NCBI RefSeq assembly: GCF_009914755.1
Contig: NC_060945.1
DNA length: 64,000 nucleotides
Source: the human T2T-CHM13v2.0 reference genome, Homo sapiens
Strand: one strand, 5' to 3'
In this document: piece by piece, positions 26,610 through 42,600 of the stretch
Layout of the letters: every line of letters starts with the position of its first letter
Numbering within the stretch: position 1 is the stretch's first letter
Made by a program: the position numbers and the translations under genes
The notes under the pieces: generated by a model
What the model was told of the DNA's origin: nothing
Database searches by the model: none
Seen by the model: only the letters and a program-made list of their open reading frames with translations

Positions 26610-26930
26610 AGCTGGGCTCAGTGGCTCACACTTGAAATTTCAGCTGCTAGGGATGCTGAGGCCAGAGGATCAATTAAGGCCAGAAGTTTGAGACAAGCCT
26701 AAGCAAGACCTTGTCACTGAAAATGTTTTAAAAATTATTTTGACATTATAGCATGTAACTGTGGTCTCAACTACTTAGAAGGCTGAGGCAGGAGGATTAC
26801 TTGAACTCAGGAAGTTGAGGTTACAGTGAACTATAATCATGCTACCGTACTCCAGCCTGGAGTGAGGCAAAATCTAGTCACATTAAAATAAAATAAAACA
26901 AAACAAAATAAAATAAAATAAAATAAAATA
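26610..26930 (+). mobile_element. AluJ with (TAAAA)n tail
   Basis: GCTGGGCTCAGTGGCTCACAC...GAGGATTACTTGAACTCAGGAAG; diverged. Confidence 0.85.
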
Positions 26931-28109
26931 TAATCTAGTCACGTTAAAATAAAGTACAATTATCAAGGACAAAAATAAAATTGTACAACTTGGCAATAGA
27001 AAAAAAATAGAGCATAGAGCAACTGGGGGAAAGGGGGTTGAAAGTATAATTTCCTTTTTATTTCCTTAGTTGGTCATTACTTAGACTTTTTCACTTAATT
27101 AAAATTTTCTTATACTTTGGTGCCCAGTTAACCCCAGAGCATTTTTAATTAATTGGTTTAGAGGTAGATACTCATATAAGCTTTCCACTGCAAATTACAA
27201 GAGCCAAATTTTAAATAAATGTTGGACCTCTAAATTTTCTATTTGCAATATTTAAGGAAATAAAAATTATAAAAAACACTTTGTAAAACATTTAGTATGT
27301 AACTGCTGTTTCTAACGTATAATAAATCCAATTATGGCAGAGACTCACTCTGTTGTTGAGAATCTCTCCATTATATGACTGCTGCTTGTGGTGCTTAAAC
27401 CTCAGGAAGAAAGAATATATGAATGTCTGAACATTGCTTTAAAAAGACAATGTACATTTAATGTAGAGATATGTGACCAGCTTAGAAAGCTGCACTTTTT
27501 CCACAGCAGGCAAACCAGAGCCTGGATACCCCAGGGTCACAGCTCATGAGAACATAGGGCTGGACTGTGAGAAAACAAGAAGCAATTAGTGCAGAGGAGT
27601 TGACAAGACACCAACTGGGCTGAGAAAAAAGAGCTGATAGATTAATTTCCAAATTATACTACAAAACATACAATAAGCAGACCCCATAGCTTTATACATT
27701 AAAACCAAATGATGACAAAGAGTGAGGATTGCATTAAATTAAATTAGGAGCAACTAAAGACTGGTTTATGATCTTGAAACTTTAGTCACTCTCCATAGTT
27801 CCATCCCATGACCCGGTAATTATTTCCTGCTTTCTGCATGCCTTGGACACTGGTCCATTTCTGGCCCCAAAGTGTTCCTTTTTCTAATAGGAGTACTTAC
27901 TTCATCTCTTAATACAATTCCTTTCCTTGCATACTGTGCCCCAAAGAAGAAATATTAAAAACTTTCCTGATGTTTTTCTGCTGCGGGGTTAATGGGCTCA
28001 GAGTGATGATAAGAACGGCCAATGAGTGTGTGGAGCCAGATAGTGCTTAAAATATGGACTTCAGTCCAGTGAAGTCTAACAAGATTGGCACCTGAGCACT
28101 CTTCTCTGA

Positions 28110-28602
28110 GACCTGAGGATGGACTCACTGAACCTGGAGCTACTAACGCAGCTGATACCCACATATATACACCACCTGTGTTCCTAGAAACTGGCCTTCC
28201 CAGCCCATCACAGCAAACACCAACACCAGCATGGAATGCTTGGGAGTCAGAGGTTTTTCTTGTCGTTGCTACTGCCATCATCCATGCCATAACCACTGTC
28301 CAGGGGCTCAAGAAGCTGCCCACCCACCTTGCTCACTGCTGACACCTGAGCAAATCACATGAAGGCCAAATAATTAGTCTTCCTGGACCTGTTAACACTG
28401 CTGCCAGCATAACTGCCTTGAGGCCCAAAAGCAGGCATGGTAAGCTCACCACTGCCATCACTGGGATCCAATGACTAAACCTCTGGTGCCCCTATTCCCA
28501 GCAAAACTTTACCACAGCCTCTGCTAAAAACGATACCCTAAGCCGCTGAGAAAGGTACAGACACCACTGATACTCTTTAGAGCCAAAGAAATCATATAAA
28601 GA
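28110..28602 (+). mobile_element. Old L1 (L1M-type) 5'UTR fragment
   Basis: C-rich sequence with CCCAGCAAAACTTTACCACAGCCTC...AGCCAAAGAAATCATA, resembling L1M 5' ends. Confidence 0.5.
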
Positions 28603-28603
28603 C

Positions 28604-28890
28604 AGGCCGGGTATTGTGGCTCATGCCTGTAATTCCAGCACTTTGGGAGGCCAAGGCCAGTGGCTCGCTTGAGGCTAAGAGTATGATACCAACCTGGGGA
28701 ACATGGCAAAACCCTGACTCTACTAAAAACACACAAATTTGCTGGGCATAGTGGTAGGCACCTGTAATCCCAGCTACTTGGGAGACTGAGGCACGAGAAT
28801 CGCCTGAACTCAGAGGTGGAGCCTACAGTGAGCCGAGATAGTGCCACTACACTCCATCCTGGGCAACAGAGCAAGGTTCTATCTTAAAAT
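28604..28890 (+). mobile_element. Alu (AluS-like)
   Basis: GGCCGGGTATTGTGGCTCATGCCTGTAATTCCAGCACTTTGGGAGG...CTGGGCAACAGAGC. Confidence 0.93.
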
Positions 28891-29869
28891 ATATACACAT
28901 ACAGAGTTTAAAGTCTGTGCTCTCCTCTCCTCAGCTGCCTTGTGACTGTGTAAGTGTATGTTTGGGAAGGGAGGGATAGGATGAGGACAGGCCAGCAGAG
29001 AGTCACCAGCACTGGCTAAAGGTCTCAGACCAAATTTTATACTCTTGACCAGGAGAAACTTCTCTGTTATTCTAATCACATTAAACTCAAGCATTTTCTT
29101 TTTTTCTTTCTTTTTTTTGAGAAATCACATCGAACTTCCAAAATTATAAAGTTGAAAATATGTAATAATTGACAATTGGAAACAAGAAAGAGGATTAGCT
29201 ATAAAAATAACTCAGGACAATGTATTTATCATGAAAAGATGGTCTTGGTGGAAGAAAGTTTCATGCCCAGCCAGCCCATTCTTCAATATCTGCTAAAAAA
29301 AAAAAGAGCAAAGGGAACTTAAAGACATCATAGACTTGGAAATTTCGTCTCACAGTGCATTAAATTCCCAAATCACATGTGGAAGAGAAGAAGCTGCTGC
29401 ATATTAGACTAACTAGTTTTACTGAATGTTGTCTGTTGATTTAAAAATTAATACTCTTATCAAGAGCAAATTGAAATACTGAAAGTTATTTACTAAACAG
29501 CAAAGAATATTTTCAGTATATAAAAAGATTTAAAAAAACGTTGACACCTTAACTAAATCTGACACAAATTTAAAAGGAAAAGTAACTAGAAAATGAAAGA
29601 AGCGTCGTACAAGTATGCGATGCACCCTCTGTTGCACCAACTGCTCCTGTTTGTTGAGTCCCCTCTTCTATTCTGCCTCCTCCATCTCCTTGCTGATTCC
29701 CCTTTTTGTCTATTTTAATTTCTCTCTCTATTCCTTTCTCAGGTCACCATGTCACATTCCTTTTGTGTCTTTTGATGTCCAATCTCACCGACACCACCTT
29801 CATTCTCTATTTTATCTTTACAAATGGTTAATTAGGCATAAAGAGGGAAAACACTCCTGGGAAGATACC

Positions 29870-30807
29870 TGAATCCTGGTGCACACTATCATTATCACTG
29901 TTTTTCATGTTGATGCTCATGTGTCTCTGCTTTCTCGACAGACTATTTAATCAGCAGACAGATCAACAGGCCAAAATTTCCACCATAGTTGCAAATTTGA
30001 ATGCGGATGAATGGATTAAAACACATTCAAGTCTTGCAATGAACGGCATAATGTATGGTGGTATAATTCAGAGTGGTTACAGGGGAGAGTTAAAGATCAT
30101 TTTATACAATGTCACTCGAGAATCTTTTGCTGTAAAACTGCAGATGTGGGTTCCTCAATTTTTAGTGGTACCTTGTCAACAATTAACCCCTGAGGATGTC
30201 TCTGCCCCAACAGAGGCTACATACAGAACTGGGAGATTCAGACGCACTGGTACACGTAGCTTAAATCCTGGAGCCAAAATATGAGTACAGCGTCCATCAC
30301 ATCCTACTCCTATGGCTGGTGAACTTGTAGCTATGGGAGAAGAAACTGAAGGCATAGTACAGTTTCCTAAAGATGAAAAACAATATTATGTTCCCCTCTG
30401 TTTTGGTTATTACAGAGAATAACCTGTTTACTAATGGTCAGTACCTGTGTCTCTGTGTCTGATGCCAAGAATAAATTCATCATCTGCATAGCCACCACTG
30501 CAACAGAAGCCAACTGCAGTCAATGTTGGCTATGCGTGGAATTGCCAGAGGCCACCAAAAATGGGCTACGTTGGAGAATCGTCCCTGTACCTTACTGCAT
30601 ACCGAATGTTGTGTGTATATCCCTGACAATTGTCACACTACGACTCTCCTTGCACAGCCATGGTGGGTGTGGTTTTCATTAACTGTGCTTTTAATTCTCC
30701 TGTGCTTACCCTGAGTCTGTAATCTGTATCAACTATGCTTTCCCCAAGTATCTGTAAGGGTATTTTCCTACAATTGAGTATCAAATTGAAGCCAAATTTG
30801 GAAGAAA
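29870..30807 (+). mobile_element. HERVL66-like internal fragment with dUTPase remnant and env-like scraps
   Basis: ORF 29907-30284 contains GIIQSGYRGELKIILYN...RTGRFRRTG (dUTPase motifs 3 and 5, degenerate); CWLCVELP and CCVYIPD are env-like. Confidence 0.75.
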
Positions 30808-31585
30808 AGTTAAATATTCAATTTTATCTCAATTGAACATGGACACAAACAATGGTCACCAAGTCCCGGAACAGGTTCTGTGAGTTTCTTCAGGCGTTCA
30901 TCCACCAGTGTCTCAGAGAAATTTCTATTTTAATCTGTTCCTGTATGTTAGTTATTGAAAAACAACAGACAATCGCCAAAAATTTGACATTTTTGTGGTT
31001 TTTGAGCCCAGTAGTGAAGAGTCCTCGTTACCCGGCCTTATGCCAAAGAACTCCTTACAAAAAGAGCTAGGGTCCCAGATGGCACTAGAGCTTCCTGAGA
31101 CCTCTCCTCATCTCTGCAGGGATGAGGGGCCAACTCTGTAGCCCAGGCTGTTGCTTCCCGGTCTGTTGATGAATCCTCCATAGTCTGGTGAGTGTAGTGT
31201 CTGACTCTGGAGCCCAGGCTATTGCTTCTCTGTCTGGTGATGCTTCCTCCATACTCTGTAGTCTGCTGTGTGTAAACATATGTATATATATATATACATA
31301 TATATGTATATAATTTATACATATAACTGTAAATAAAAATAATTGTATAATGTACATAATTATTTAAATAAATAAATGTAAATAAATACATATATAATTT
31401 TATATATATTATATATATTTATATATATAAAAATATATATATTTTTTCCCTTCTCATATCAATTTGCTTATCATATCATTTACTTATTATATCTGTATTG
31501 CCATATAATTGAGACAAAAGATGTTTACCCTTAAAAGTATTGTGTGTGCCTTTTCTTCTTCCTCATGCATCTCCCATGCAGAACA
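30808..31585 (+). mobile_element. LTR66 with internal duplication and AT-rich expansion
   Basis: CAATTGAACATGGACACAAACAATGGTCACCAAGTCCCGGAACAGG...CATGCAGAACA matches recalled LTR66. Confidence 0.8.
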
Positions 31586-31727
31586 CATGCCTGACAAATT
31601 TTTATATTTTTAGTGGAGACTGGGTTTAGCCATGTTGGCCAGGCTGATCTCAAACTCCTGACCTCAGGTGATCCTTCCATCTCGGCATCCCAAAGTGCTG
31701 AGATTATAGGCATGAAACACCCAGCCA
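31586..31727 (-). mobile_element. Alu left-arm fragment, interrupted by the HERVL66 element
   Basis: TTTTTAGTGGAGACTGGGTTTAGCCATGTTGGCCAGGCTG...CCCAAAGTGCTG. Confidence 0.85.
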
Positions 31728-31729
31728 GG

Positions 31730-32680
31730 AGGAGGCATTTCTACAAAGAAAACATACAAATGGCAAACAGGCATATAAATGTTGCTAAACATCATTAAAC
31801 CTCAGAGAAATGCAAATCAGAACTACAATAAGATATTATCTCACTCCAGTTAAAATGTCTTATATCCCAAAGACAGACAATAACAAGTGCTGACGAGGAT
31901 GTGGAGAAAACTTTAGTGCACTCTTGGTGGGAATGTAAATTAGTATAACCACTATAAAAAAGTGTGGAGGTTCCTCAAAAAGCTAAAAATTGAGCTGCCA
32001 CAGCTACAATGCAACCCAACAATCCCAGTGATGGGCATTGACACAAAAGAAAGAAAATCGGCTTGTTGCTGCACTGTTTACAATAGTTAAGATTTGAAAG
32101 CAAACTGTCTACAAATGAATGAATGTATAAAAAAAGTAGTACATATATACATTGGAGTAGTATTCAGCCATAAAAATGAGATTTTGTCTTTTACGACAAC
32201 ATGGATAAAAGAGAAGAGTATGTTAAGTGAAATAAGCCAGGCACAGAAAGATAAACACTGTGCGTTCTCACTTATTCGTGGGATGGAAGAATTAATACAA
32301 CTGAATTCACGGACATAGAGAGCAGAAGGATGGTTTTCAGAGGCTAAGAAAGACAGTGGAGGCTGGGGGAAAGGTGGGGACTGTTAATGTGTACAAAAAA
32401 ATAGAATAAATAAGACATATTATTTGATAGCACAACGAGATGACTCTGGTCAATAATAATGTAATTGTGCATTTTAAACTAGCTAAGAAGGAATAATCAG
32501 ATTTTAACCCAAAGAATAAATGCTTGAGTGGGTGGATATCCCATTCTCTATGATGTGATTATTATGCATTGCGAGACCGCATCAAAACATCTCATGAACC
32601 CCATAAGTATATACACCTACAATGCATCCTCAAAAATTACAAATTAACTGAAGTAAATAAAATAAAACTATTTAAAAATA
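31730..32680 (+). mobile_element. L1MA 3' end
   Basis: AGAGAAATGCAAATCAGAACTACAAT...ATAAGCCAGGCACAGAAAGATAAAC...CATCAAAACATCTCATG and A-rich tail. Confidence 0.85.
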
Positions 32681-32856
32681 AAATATCATAACATTAACTA
32701 GCCCCAGAAATATAAGATTTTAATGAAATAAAAATGCCTCTATAATAATCAAACAGTGAGAAGAAAGTCACACTTTACTCCTATTTTTGTTTCTGATCTA
32801 TCTTCTATCTAGTTTCAAGTTGTAGAATTTTCTTTTTTCATTTCTAATTAAATTTT

Positions 32857-35727
<2,871 letters not shown>

Positions 35728-36131
35728 TTAATAAACAGATAACATCAAACATTCAACTAATCCAATAAAAAGAAATTTTATTCATTTGAGAATGTGTTTT
35801 CCAGAGCATACTTATATATTACGTTTTAACTTCATAATTTATATTTTATAAAAACATAACTAATTCAAGTTAATCTTCTCTAATTTTTAATTCAATTGAA
35901 TTTTTATCAGGATCACTATATTTAAACAAAAATTACCTGAATTTTTCACATCATAATTTATAGATTCTGCTTCTACAAATTGTCTGTAGGGACCATTATT
36001 TCTACACGGTCTACTTTCCTGGGTTAAGTGGTGGATACCCAAATGTTTTTGGGAATAATGTTTTCTTATATCAGTTTTTAGTCAGTGATACGTTGCACCA
36101 TGTTTAATTTTAAGCATTATCAGTTTTCTTT

Positions 36132-38181
36132 TTTTTTTTTAATTGATCATTCTTGGGTGTTTCTCGCAGAGGGGGATTTGGCAGGGTCACAGGACAATAG
36201 TGGAGGGAAGGTCAGCAGATAAACAAGTGAACAAAGGTCTCTGGTTTTCCTAGGCAGAGGACCCTGTGGCCTTCCGCAGTGTTTGTGTCCCTGGGTACTT
36301 GAGATTAGGGAGTGGTGATGACTCTTAAGGAGCATGCTGCCTTCAAGCATCTGTTTAACAAAGCACATCTTGCACCGCCCTTAATCCATTCAACCCTGAG
36401 TGGATACAGCCCATGTTTCAGAGAGCACAGGGTTGGGGGTAAGGTCACAGATCAACAGGATCCCAAGGCAGAAGAATTTTTCTTAGTACAGAACAAAATG
36501 AAAAGTCTCCCATGTCTACCTCTTTCTACACAGACACGGCAACCATCCGATTTCTCAATCTTTTCCCCACCTTTCCCCCCTTTCTATTCCACAAAACCGC
36601 CATTGTCATCATGGCCCATTCTCAATGAGCTGTTGGGTACACCTCCCAGACGGGGTGGTGGCAGGGCAGAGGGGCTCCTCACTTCTCAGTAGGGGCGGCT
36701 GGGCAGAGGCGCCCTTCACCTCCCGGACGGGGCGGCTGGCCAGGCGGGGGGCTGACCCCCCCACCTCCCTCCTGGACAGGGCGGCTGGCCGGGCGAGGGG
36801 CTGACCCCCTCACCTCCCTCCCGGACGGGGCGGCTGGCCGGGCGGGGGGCTGACCCCCCACCTCCCTCCCGGACGGGGCAGCTGACCGGGCGGGGGGCTG
36901 ACCCCCCAACTTCCCTCCCGGATGGGGTGGCTGGCCGGGCAGAGGGGCTCCTCAGTTCCCAGTAGGGGCGGCCGGGCAGAGTCGCCCCTCACCTCCCGGA
37001 CGGGGCGGCTGGCAGGGCGGGGGGCTGACCCGCCCACCTCCCTCCCCCCCAGAAGGGGTGGCTGGTCGGGCGGGGGGCTGATCCCCCACCTCCCTCCCAG
37101 ACGGGGCGGCTGGCCGGGCAGAGGGGCTCCTCACTTCCCATCAGGGGCTGCCGGGCAGAGGCGCCCCTCACTTCCCGGATGGGGCGGCTGGCCAGGCGGG
37201 GGGCTAACCCACCCACCTCCCTCCCGGAGGAGGCGGCTGGCCGGGCGGGCGGCTGACCCCCCACCTCCCTCCCGCATGGGGTGGCTGGCCAGGCAGGGGG
37301 CTGACCCCCCCACCTCACTCCCGAACGAGGTGGCTGCCAGGCGGAGATGCTCCTCACTTCCGAGACGGGGTGACTGCCGGGCGGAGGGGCTCCTCACTTC
37401 TCAGACGGGGTGGTTGCCAGGCAGAGGGTCTCCTCACTTCTCAGACGGGGCGGCCGGGCAGAGACATTCCTCACATCCCGGACGGGGCGGCAGGGCAGAG
37501 GTGCTCCCCACATCTCAGATGATGGGCGGCCGGGCAGAGACGCTCCTCACTTCCCAGATGTGATGGCGGCCGGGAAGAGGCGCTCCTCACTTCCTAGATG
37601 GGATGGCGGCCGGGCAGAGACGCTCCTCACTTTCCAGACTGGGCAGCCAGGCAGAGGGGCTCCTCACATCCCAGACGATGGGCGGCCAGGTGGAGACGCT
37701 CCTCACTTCCCAGACGGGGTGGCAGGCGGGCAGAGGCTGCAATCTCGGCACTTTGGGAGGCCAAGGCAGGCTGCTGGGAGGTGGAGGTTGTAGCGAGCCG
37801 AGATCACGCCACTGCACTCCAGCCTGGGCACCATTGAGCACTGAGTGAACGAGTCTCCGTCTGCAATCCCGGCACCTCGGGAGGCCGAGGCTGGCGGATC
37901 ACTCGCGGTTAGGAGCTCAGCCCGGCCAACACAGCGAAACCCCGTCTCCACCAAAAAAATACGAAAACCAGTCAGGCGTGGCGGCGCGCGCCTGCAATCG
38001 CAGGCACTCGGCAGGCTGAGGCAGGAGAATCAGGCAGGGAGGTTGCAGTGAGCCGAGATGGCAGCAGTACCATCCAGCTTCGGCTCGGCATCAGAGGGAG
38101 ACCGTGGAAAGAGAGGGAGAGAGAGACCGTGGGGAGACGGAGAGGGTGAGGGAGAGGGAGAGGGAGAGGGAGAGGGAGAGC
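36132..38181 (-). mobile_element. Full-length SVA retrotransposon (SVA_C/D-like)
   Basis: Poly-T, SINE-R, GC-rich VNTR (~36640-37730), Alu-like region and (CCCTCT)n hexamers; TSD TATCAGTTTTCTTT at 36118-36131 and 38182-38195. Confidence 0.97.
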
Positions 38182-38529
38182 TATCAGTTTTCTTTCTTGT
38201 GCATTATTTTCACAGTAATATAAATTATGGACATCAAAATATCCTCAGGGTTAAAAATGTTGGAGTCCAAGCATTCTATATTCTTGATTTGTATGGTTTC
38301 AATTATGACTCAGCATTTTAGGAAAACATTGGCTCTATAATCTGTCACCCTCACCCCATTTAAATAAAAACATACTTTTTTGGACACAAGGATCAGGCAT
38401 ACACATCTACACAGTGGATCACATCATTTTTGGGGGCAAACTGAAAACTGTTTTTATACTCAAACATACTGTTGGGAAACTGTGAAATAAAAATTTCTGA
38501 TGTTTGTTAAAAATTGGGAAGAAAGACAT

Positions 38530-38913
38530 TAATACTATTGTAGTAGATTTTATGGCCATCGTAATAGGGTTCAGTTCAGAAATTGATCATAACTCTGAAC
38601 ACAGACAACGAAGAATTTATAGTCAATAAGCAGAATAAATCAGTGGATAAGAATTATTGAAAAACATTTGATAAAATACCAAAGGAGGAAGAGGAACTTT
38701 TTATAGCAGAAGCCTGGTTACAGGTTGGCTAAGGACTTAAATATCAAAGAAAGGGAATCACGATATTAGTAGACATAAGGGATATGTGGATTTTTACTAA
38801 ACAGTATTAGCAGGATTTATGAAAGTGAGCCTCTCAAACCAGGAGCAGGGCAAGAAGTCAAGGTTGGCTTAGTCAAAAAGAGGGTTCAGTTAAGCTTGAC
38901 TAACATTTGGTCA
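38530..38913 (-). mobile_element. MER31/MER67-like LTR
   Basis: Minus strand begins TGACCAAATGTTAGTCAAGCTT...; left boundary uncertain. Confidence 0.5.
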
Positions 38914-39125
38914 TAAAGGGAGTGCTTACAAGAACCCAGATTTTTTTCCCATCTGATCTGTAAATAAATAATCACCAAAAAAGGCTTTGTTTGAAAAATG
39001 AGTGCCCACTTCACCTGAGAAAACCTCCATCTTCTTCTGTTTACCTTTGAATTTAGTGTAGAAAAAGAGCACTTGTCATTGCCACAGTTTTAATTTTGCT
39101 TTCACTCTTAAAAACAGAGAGTCAG

Positions 39126-39348
39126 GGCTGGGTGTGGTGGTTCATGCCTGTAATCCCAGCATTTTGGGCATGGTGATGCAAGCACACCTGTAATCCCAGC
39201 TACTTGAAAGGCTGAGGCAGGAGAATCACTTGAACCCAAGGGTCAGAGGTTGCAGTGAGCCAAAATCACACCACTGCACTCCAGCCTGGTGACAGAGTGA
39301 GACTCCATCAAACAAAACAAAACAAAACAAAACAAAACAAAACACAAA
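39126..39348 (+). mobile_element. Alu with internal deletion and (CAAAA)n tail
   Basis: Left-arm start joins directly to the right arm at ...CATTTTGGGCATGGTG. Confidence 0.9.
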
Positions 39349-39439
39349 ATTAGAAATTTAGTTTTATTCAAACAGCAACTTACAAACACAAAGGTTATAG
39401 TTTCTGACCCCTATTCAAGACAATTGGTTGTAACCATAA

Positions 39440-39623
39440 GTATTGATGGGACTTCAGGGAGATTCCTCAGATGGAGCTGATGCAGCTGTGCAAGCCACTT
39501 TGACCTTGCATCTTTCCTACTTCTTAGCCTTTGAAATGGACATGGTTGCTGGTGCAGGCTTGTGCTCCTACAGCCAGCCATATGGGACCATGAGACAGCC
39601 TACAGGATAAAAACCATCTACTG
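39440..39623 (+). mobile_element. MLT1-type LTR, left part (continues at 47598-48055)
   Basis: GGACATGGTTGCTGG...CAGCCATATGGGACCATGAG; the right part ends AATCCTAACTAA. Confidence 0.5.
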
Positions 39624-42600
39624 AAATATTGTAGCAAAGTGTGCCAAGAGGGCTGACTAGAAGTAGCTATGGTGTGTGGCTTTCATGAAAAGAAACAAAG
39701 AGGGAAAATAAATACAGCACCATCAACTGAAACACCCAGATATTTGCAGTGGGACTAATGAAGGAAACAGCTCAACCCATGGGAAAAAGAAGGGCATGGC
39801 AAACGCCCACCCGGGAGTAACACAGACCAAAGGGAACCTACCCTGCCCAAGGAAGTGGTGAGCAAATACGTGACCCTGAGAAACCACACTTCTCCCATGG
39901 ATCTTTGCAACTCTCGGGTCAGGAGATTTTCTCGTAAACTTATTCCACCAGGGCCTTTGGTCTGATACACAGAGCTGCGTGTTCCCGGCAGAACAACTGC
40001 TCAGACACAAACAGAATCGCAGGAGCTTTACATACTTTGGCTCTGAGATCTCTGGCAAAGGTGACTGCAACTCAGACAAGGTGGGAGGTTGGATCTCCGT
40101 AAATGCCCCTAGAAAGGAAGCTGAATCCATGGGCCTGAGCAGCATCAGTGGGCCCCACTTCCATGACGCCTCACAGGATAAGACCTACTGGCTTGGAATT
40201 CCATCCAGCCCCCAGCAACAGCATTGCAATTACCTGGGATGGAACAACGTTCCTGGAGGCAGGGGCTGGCTGCTATATTTGCTGTTTGGATGACTCAGCC
40301 ATTCCAGCCTGGAGGTTTAGGAGAGTTAAAAAAAAAAAAACTCATGGCAGATGGAAGAAATCCCTTAGCACGGCACATTGGCCCTCCCAAAGTTTGGCCG
40401 GACTACTTCTTGAAGTGGGACCCAGATACCTTTTTCATCTCAGAGTGGGGCCTCCTACCAGAGCCTCCAGACAGCCCCTTCCATATTCTCCGGCAGGCAG
40501 AGTTTTGATTTATTCCTGGATGCAGTGCACATTGGGAGCAGTGGGTCTTCATATTTGTTGTTTGGAGAACTCAGCCATAACAATCAGTGGGCTTAGGAGA
40601 GTCCAAACCATCCCAGGGAAGAAGGAATCCCCCAGCATAGCACAGTGGATCTGCCATAATGTGATCAGATTGCTTCTTTAAGTGGGACCTAATATGCTCT
40701 GCATCTCTGGGTGGAACTTCCCAACCAGGGCCTCCAGCAACTCCCACTGATGTTGTCTGGCTGGCAGAGGTTTAAAAACTTCCTGGGCCAGAGTTCCTAG
40801 AGAGAGGGGTTGGCCACCATCTTTGCTGTTTCAGCCTCCAGGCTTTGGAGAGCCCAATCTGATGAAGGGCAGAAATGGTACCCCGCACAGCATGGCTGAT
40901 CTATGAAAGTGGGGCTAGATGGCTTAAGTGGGTCCCCAATCCTATTCCTCCTAGCTGGGTGAGACCTACCAACTGGGGTTTCCAGTCACCTCCTACAGGT
41001 GTGTTCGAGCCCTCAACATGTCTGCACCCGCCCTGGGATGGAGCTCCCAGGGAAGGGAGTGGGCTGCTATCTTTCTTGTTTCACAGCCTTCACTGGTGAT
41101 ACCCCCAGATACTGGAAAATCCGAGGTGACAAGAGAGTGGAGCAGATGCCCAACAAACTACAGCAGCCCCACACAAAATGGCCAAACAGTTAAAAGGAAG
41201 AGAAACAAACAAAAATCTCATTCAAAGGCCAGCAACCTCAAATATTAAAGATAGATAGGCACACAAAGGTGAGAATCACAACAAGAATACTAAAAACTCA
41301 AAAATCAGGGTGCTCTCCCTCTCCCAAACGACCACACTACTTCTCCAGCAAGAGTTCAGAATAAGGGTGAGGCTGTGATCCCTGAAATAACAGAAGTAGA
41401 CCCCAGAATGTGGATAAAAATGAACTTCACTGATCTAAAGGAGCATGCTCTAACTCAATACAAGAAAGCTAAAAATTACAATATAATATTGCAGGAGCTG
41501 ACAAACAAATTAGCCAGGATAGAGAGGAGCCTAACCAACCCGATAGCACTGTAAAACACAATACAAAAATTTCATAATGCAATCACAAGTATTAATGAGG
41601 AAAGAAACTCAGAGCTTGAAGTTTGTATTTCTGAAAGAAGACATGCAGAGAAGAATAGAAAAAAAGAATGAAAGGAATAAACAAAACCTTTGAGAAATAT
41701 GGGATTATGTAAAGAGACCAAATCTACAACTGATTGGTGTACTTGAAAGAGCTGGGGAGAATGGAACCAATCAGGAAAACATATTTCAGGATATCATCAA
41801 TGAGAACTTCCCCAACCTTGCTACACTGGCCAACAATTCAGAAAATGGAGAGAAGTTCAGTAAGATACTCCAAGAAAAAATCATACCCAAGACACATAAA
41901 CGTCAGATTCCCCAAACTTGAAATGGAAGAAAAAAAAAGAAAAAAAAGCTCAGCCGCAGAGAAAAGCCAAGTCACCTACAAAAAGAAGTTGATCAGACTA
42001 AGAGCAGAGCTGTCAGTGAGAACCCTACAAGCCAAAAGAGATTGGGGGCCAATATTTAACGTTCTTAAAGAAAATAAACTTTAAGCCAGAATTTTATATC
42101 TGGCCAAACTAAGCTTAATCTGGGGAGAAATAACATCCCTTTCAGACAAGCAAATTCCGAGTTAATTCATGAACACCAGACATGCTTTTCAAGAGCTCCT
42201 GAAGGAAGCACCAATTTGGAAAGGGAAAATTATTCCCAGCCACCACAAAAACACACTCAAGTACACAGACCATTGACACTATAAATCAACCACATAAACA
42301 AGTCTGAAAAATAAAAATAACCAGCTAGCATCAAGATAACAAGATAAAATCTACGCATAACAATACTTACCTTAAATGTAAATGGGATAAATGCCCCAGT
42401 TGAAACACACAGGGTGGCAATTGTATAAAAACCAAGACCCATTGGTATGCTCTTCAAGACACCCATCTCACATGCGGGGACACACATAGGCTAAAAATAA
42501 AGGGATGGAGGAAATTTCACCAAGCAAGTGGAAAACCTAAAAAAGCAAGGGTTGCAGTCTTACTTTCCAACAAAACAGACTTTAAAGCAACACAGATTAA

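Noticed and set aside
26871-26953. AATCTAGTCAC(A/G)TTAAAATAAA repeated around the Alu (TAAAA)n tail
   Set aside because: Local duplication within an Alu tail; not a TSD and not informative.
36640-37730. Repeat-spacer-like periodicity suggestive of a CRISPR array
   Set aside because: It is the SVA VNTR in eukaryotic DNA, with no unique spacers or cas genes.
36312-38321. Cluster of Pro/Gly/Arg-rich ORFs on both strands
   Set aside because: Produced by the GC-rich SVA VNTR and Alu-like region.
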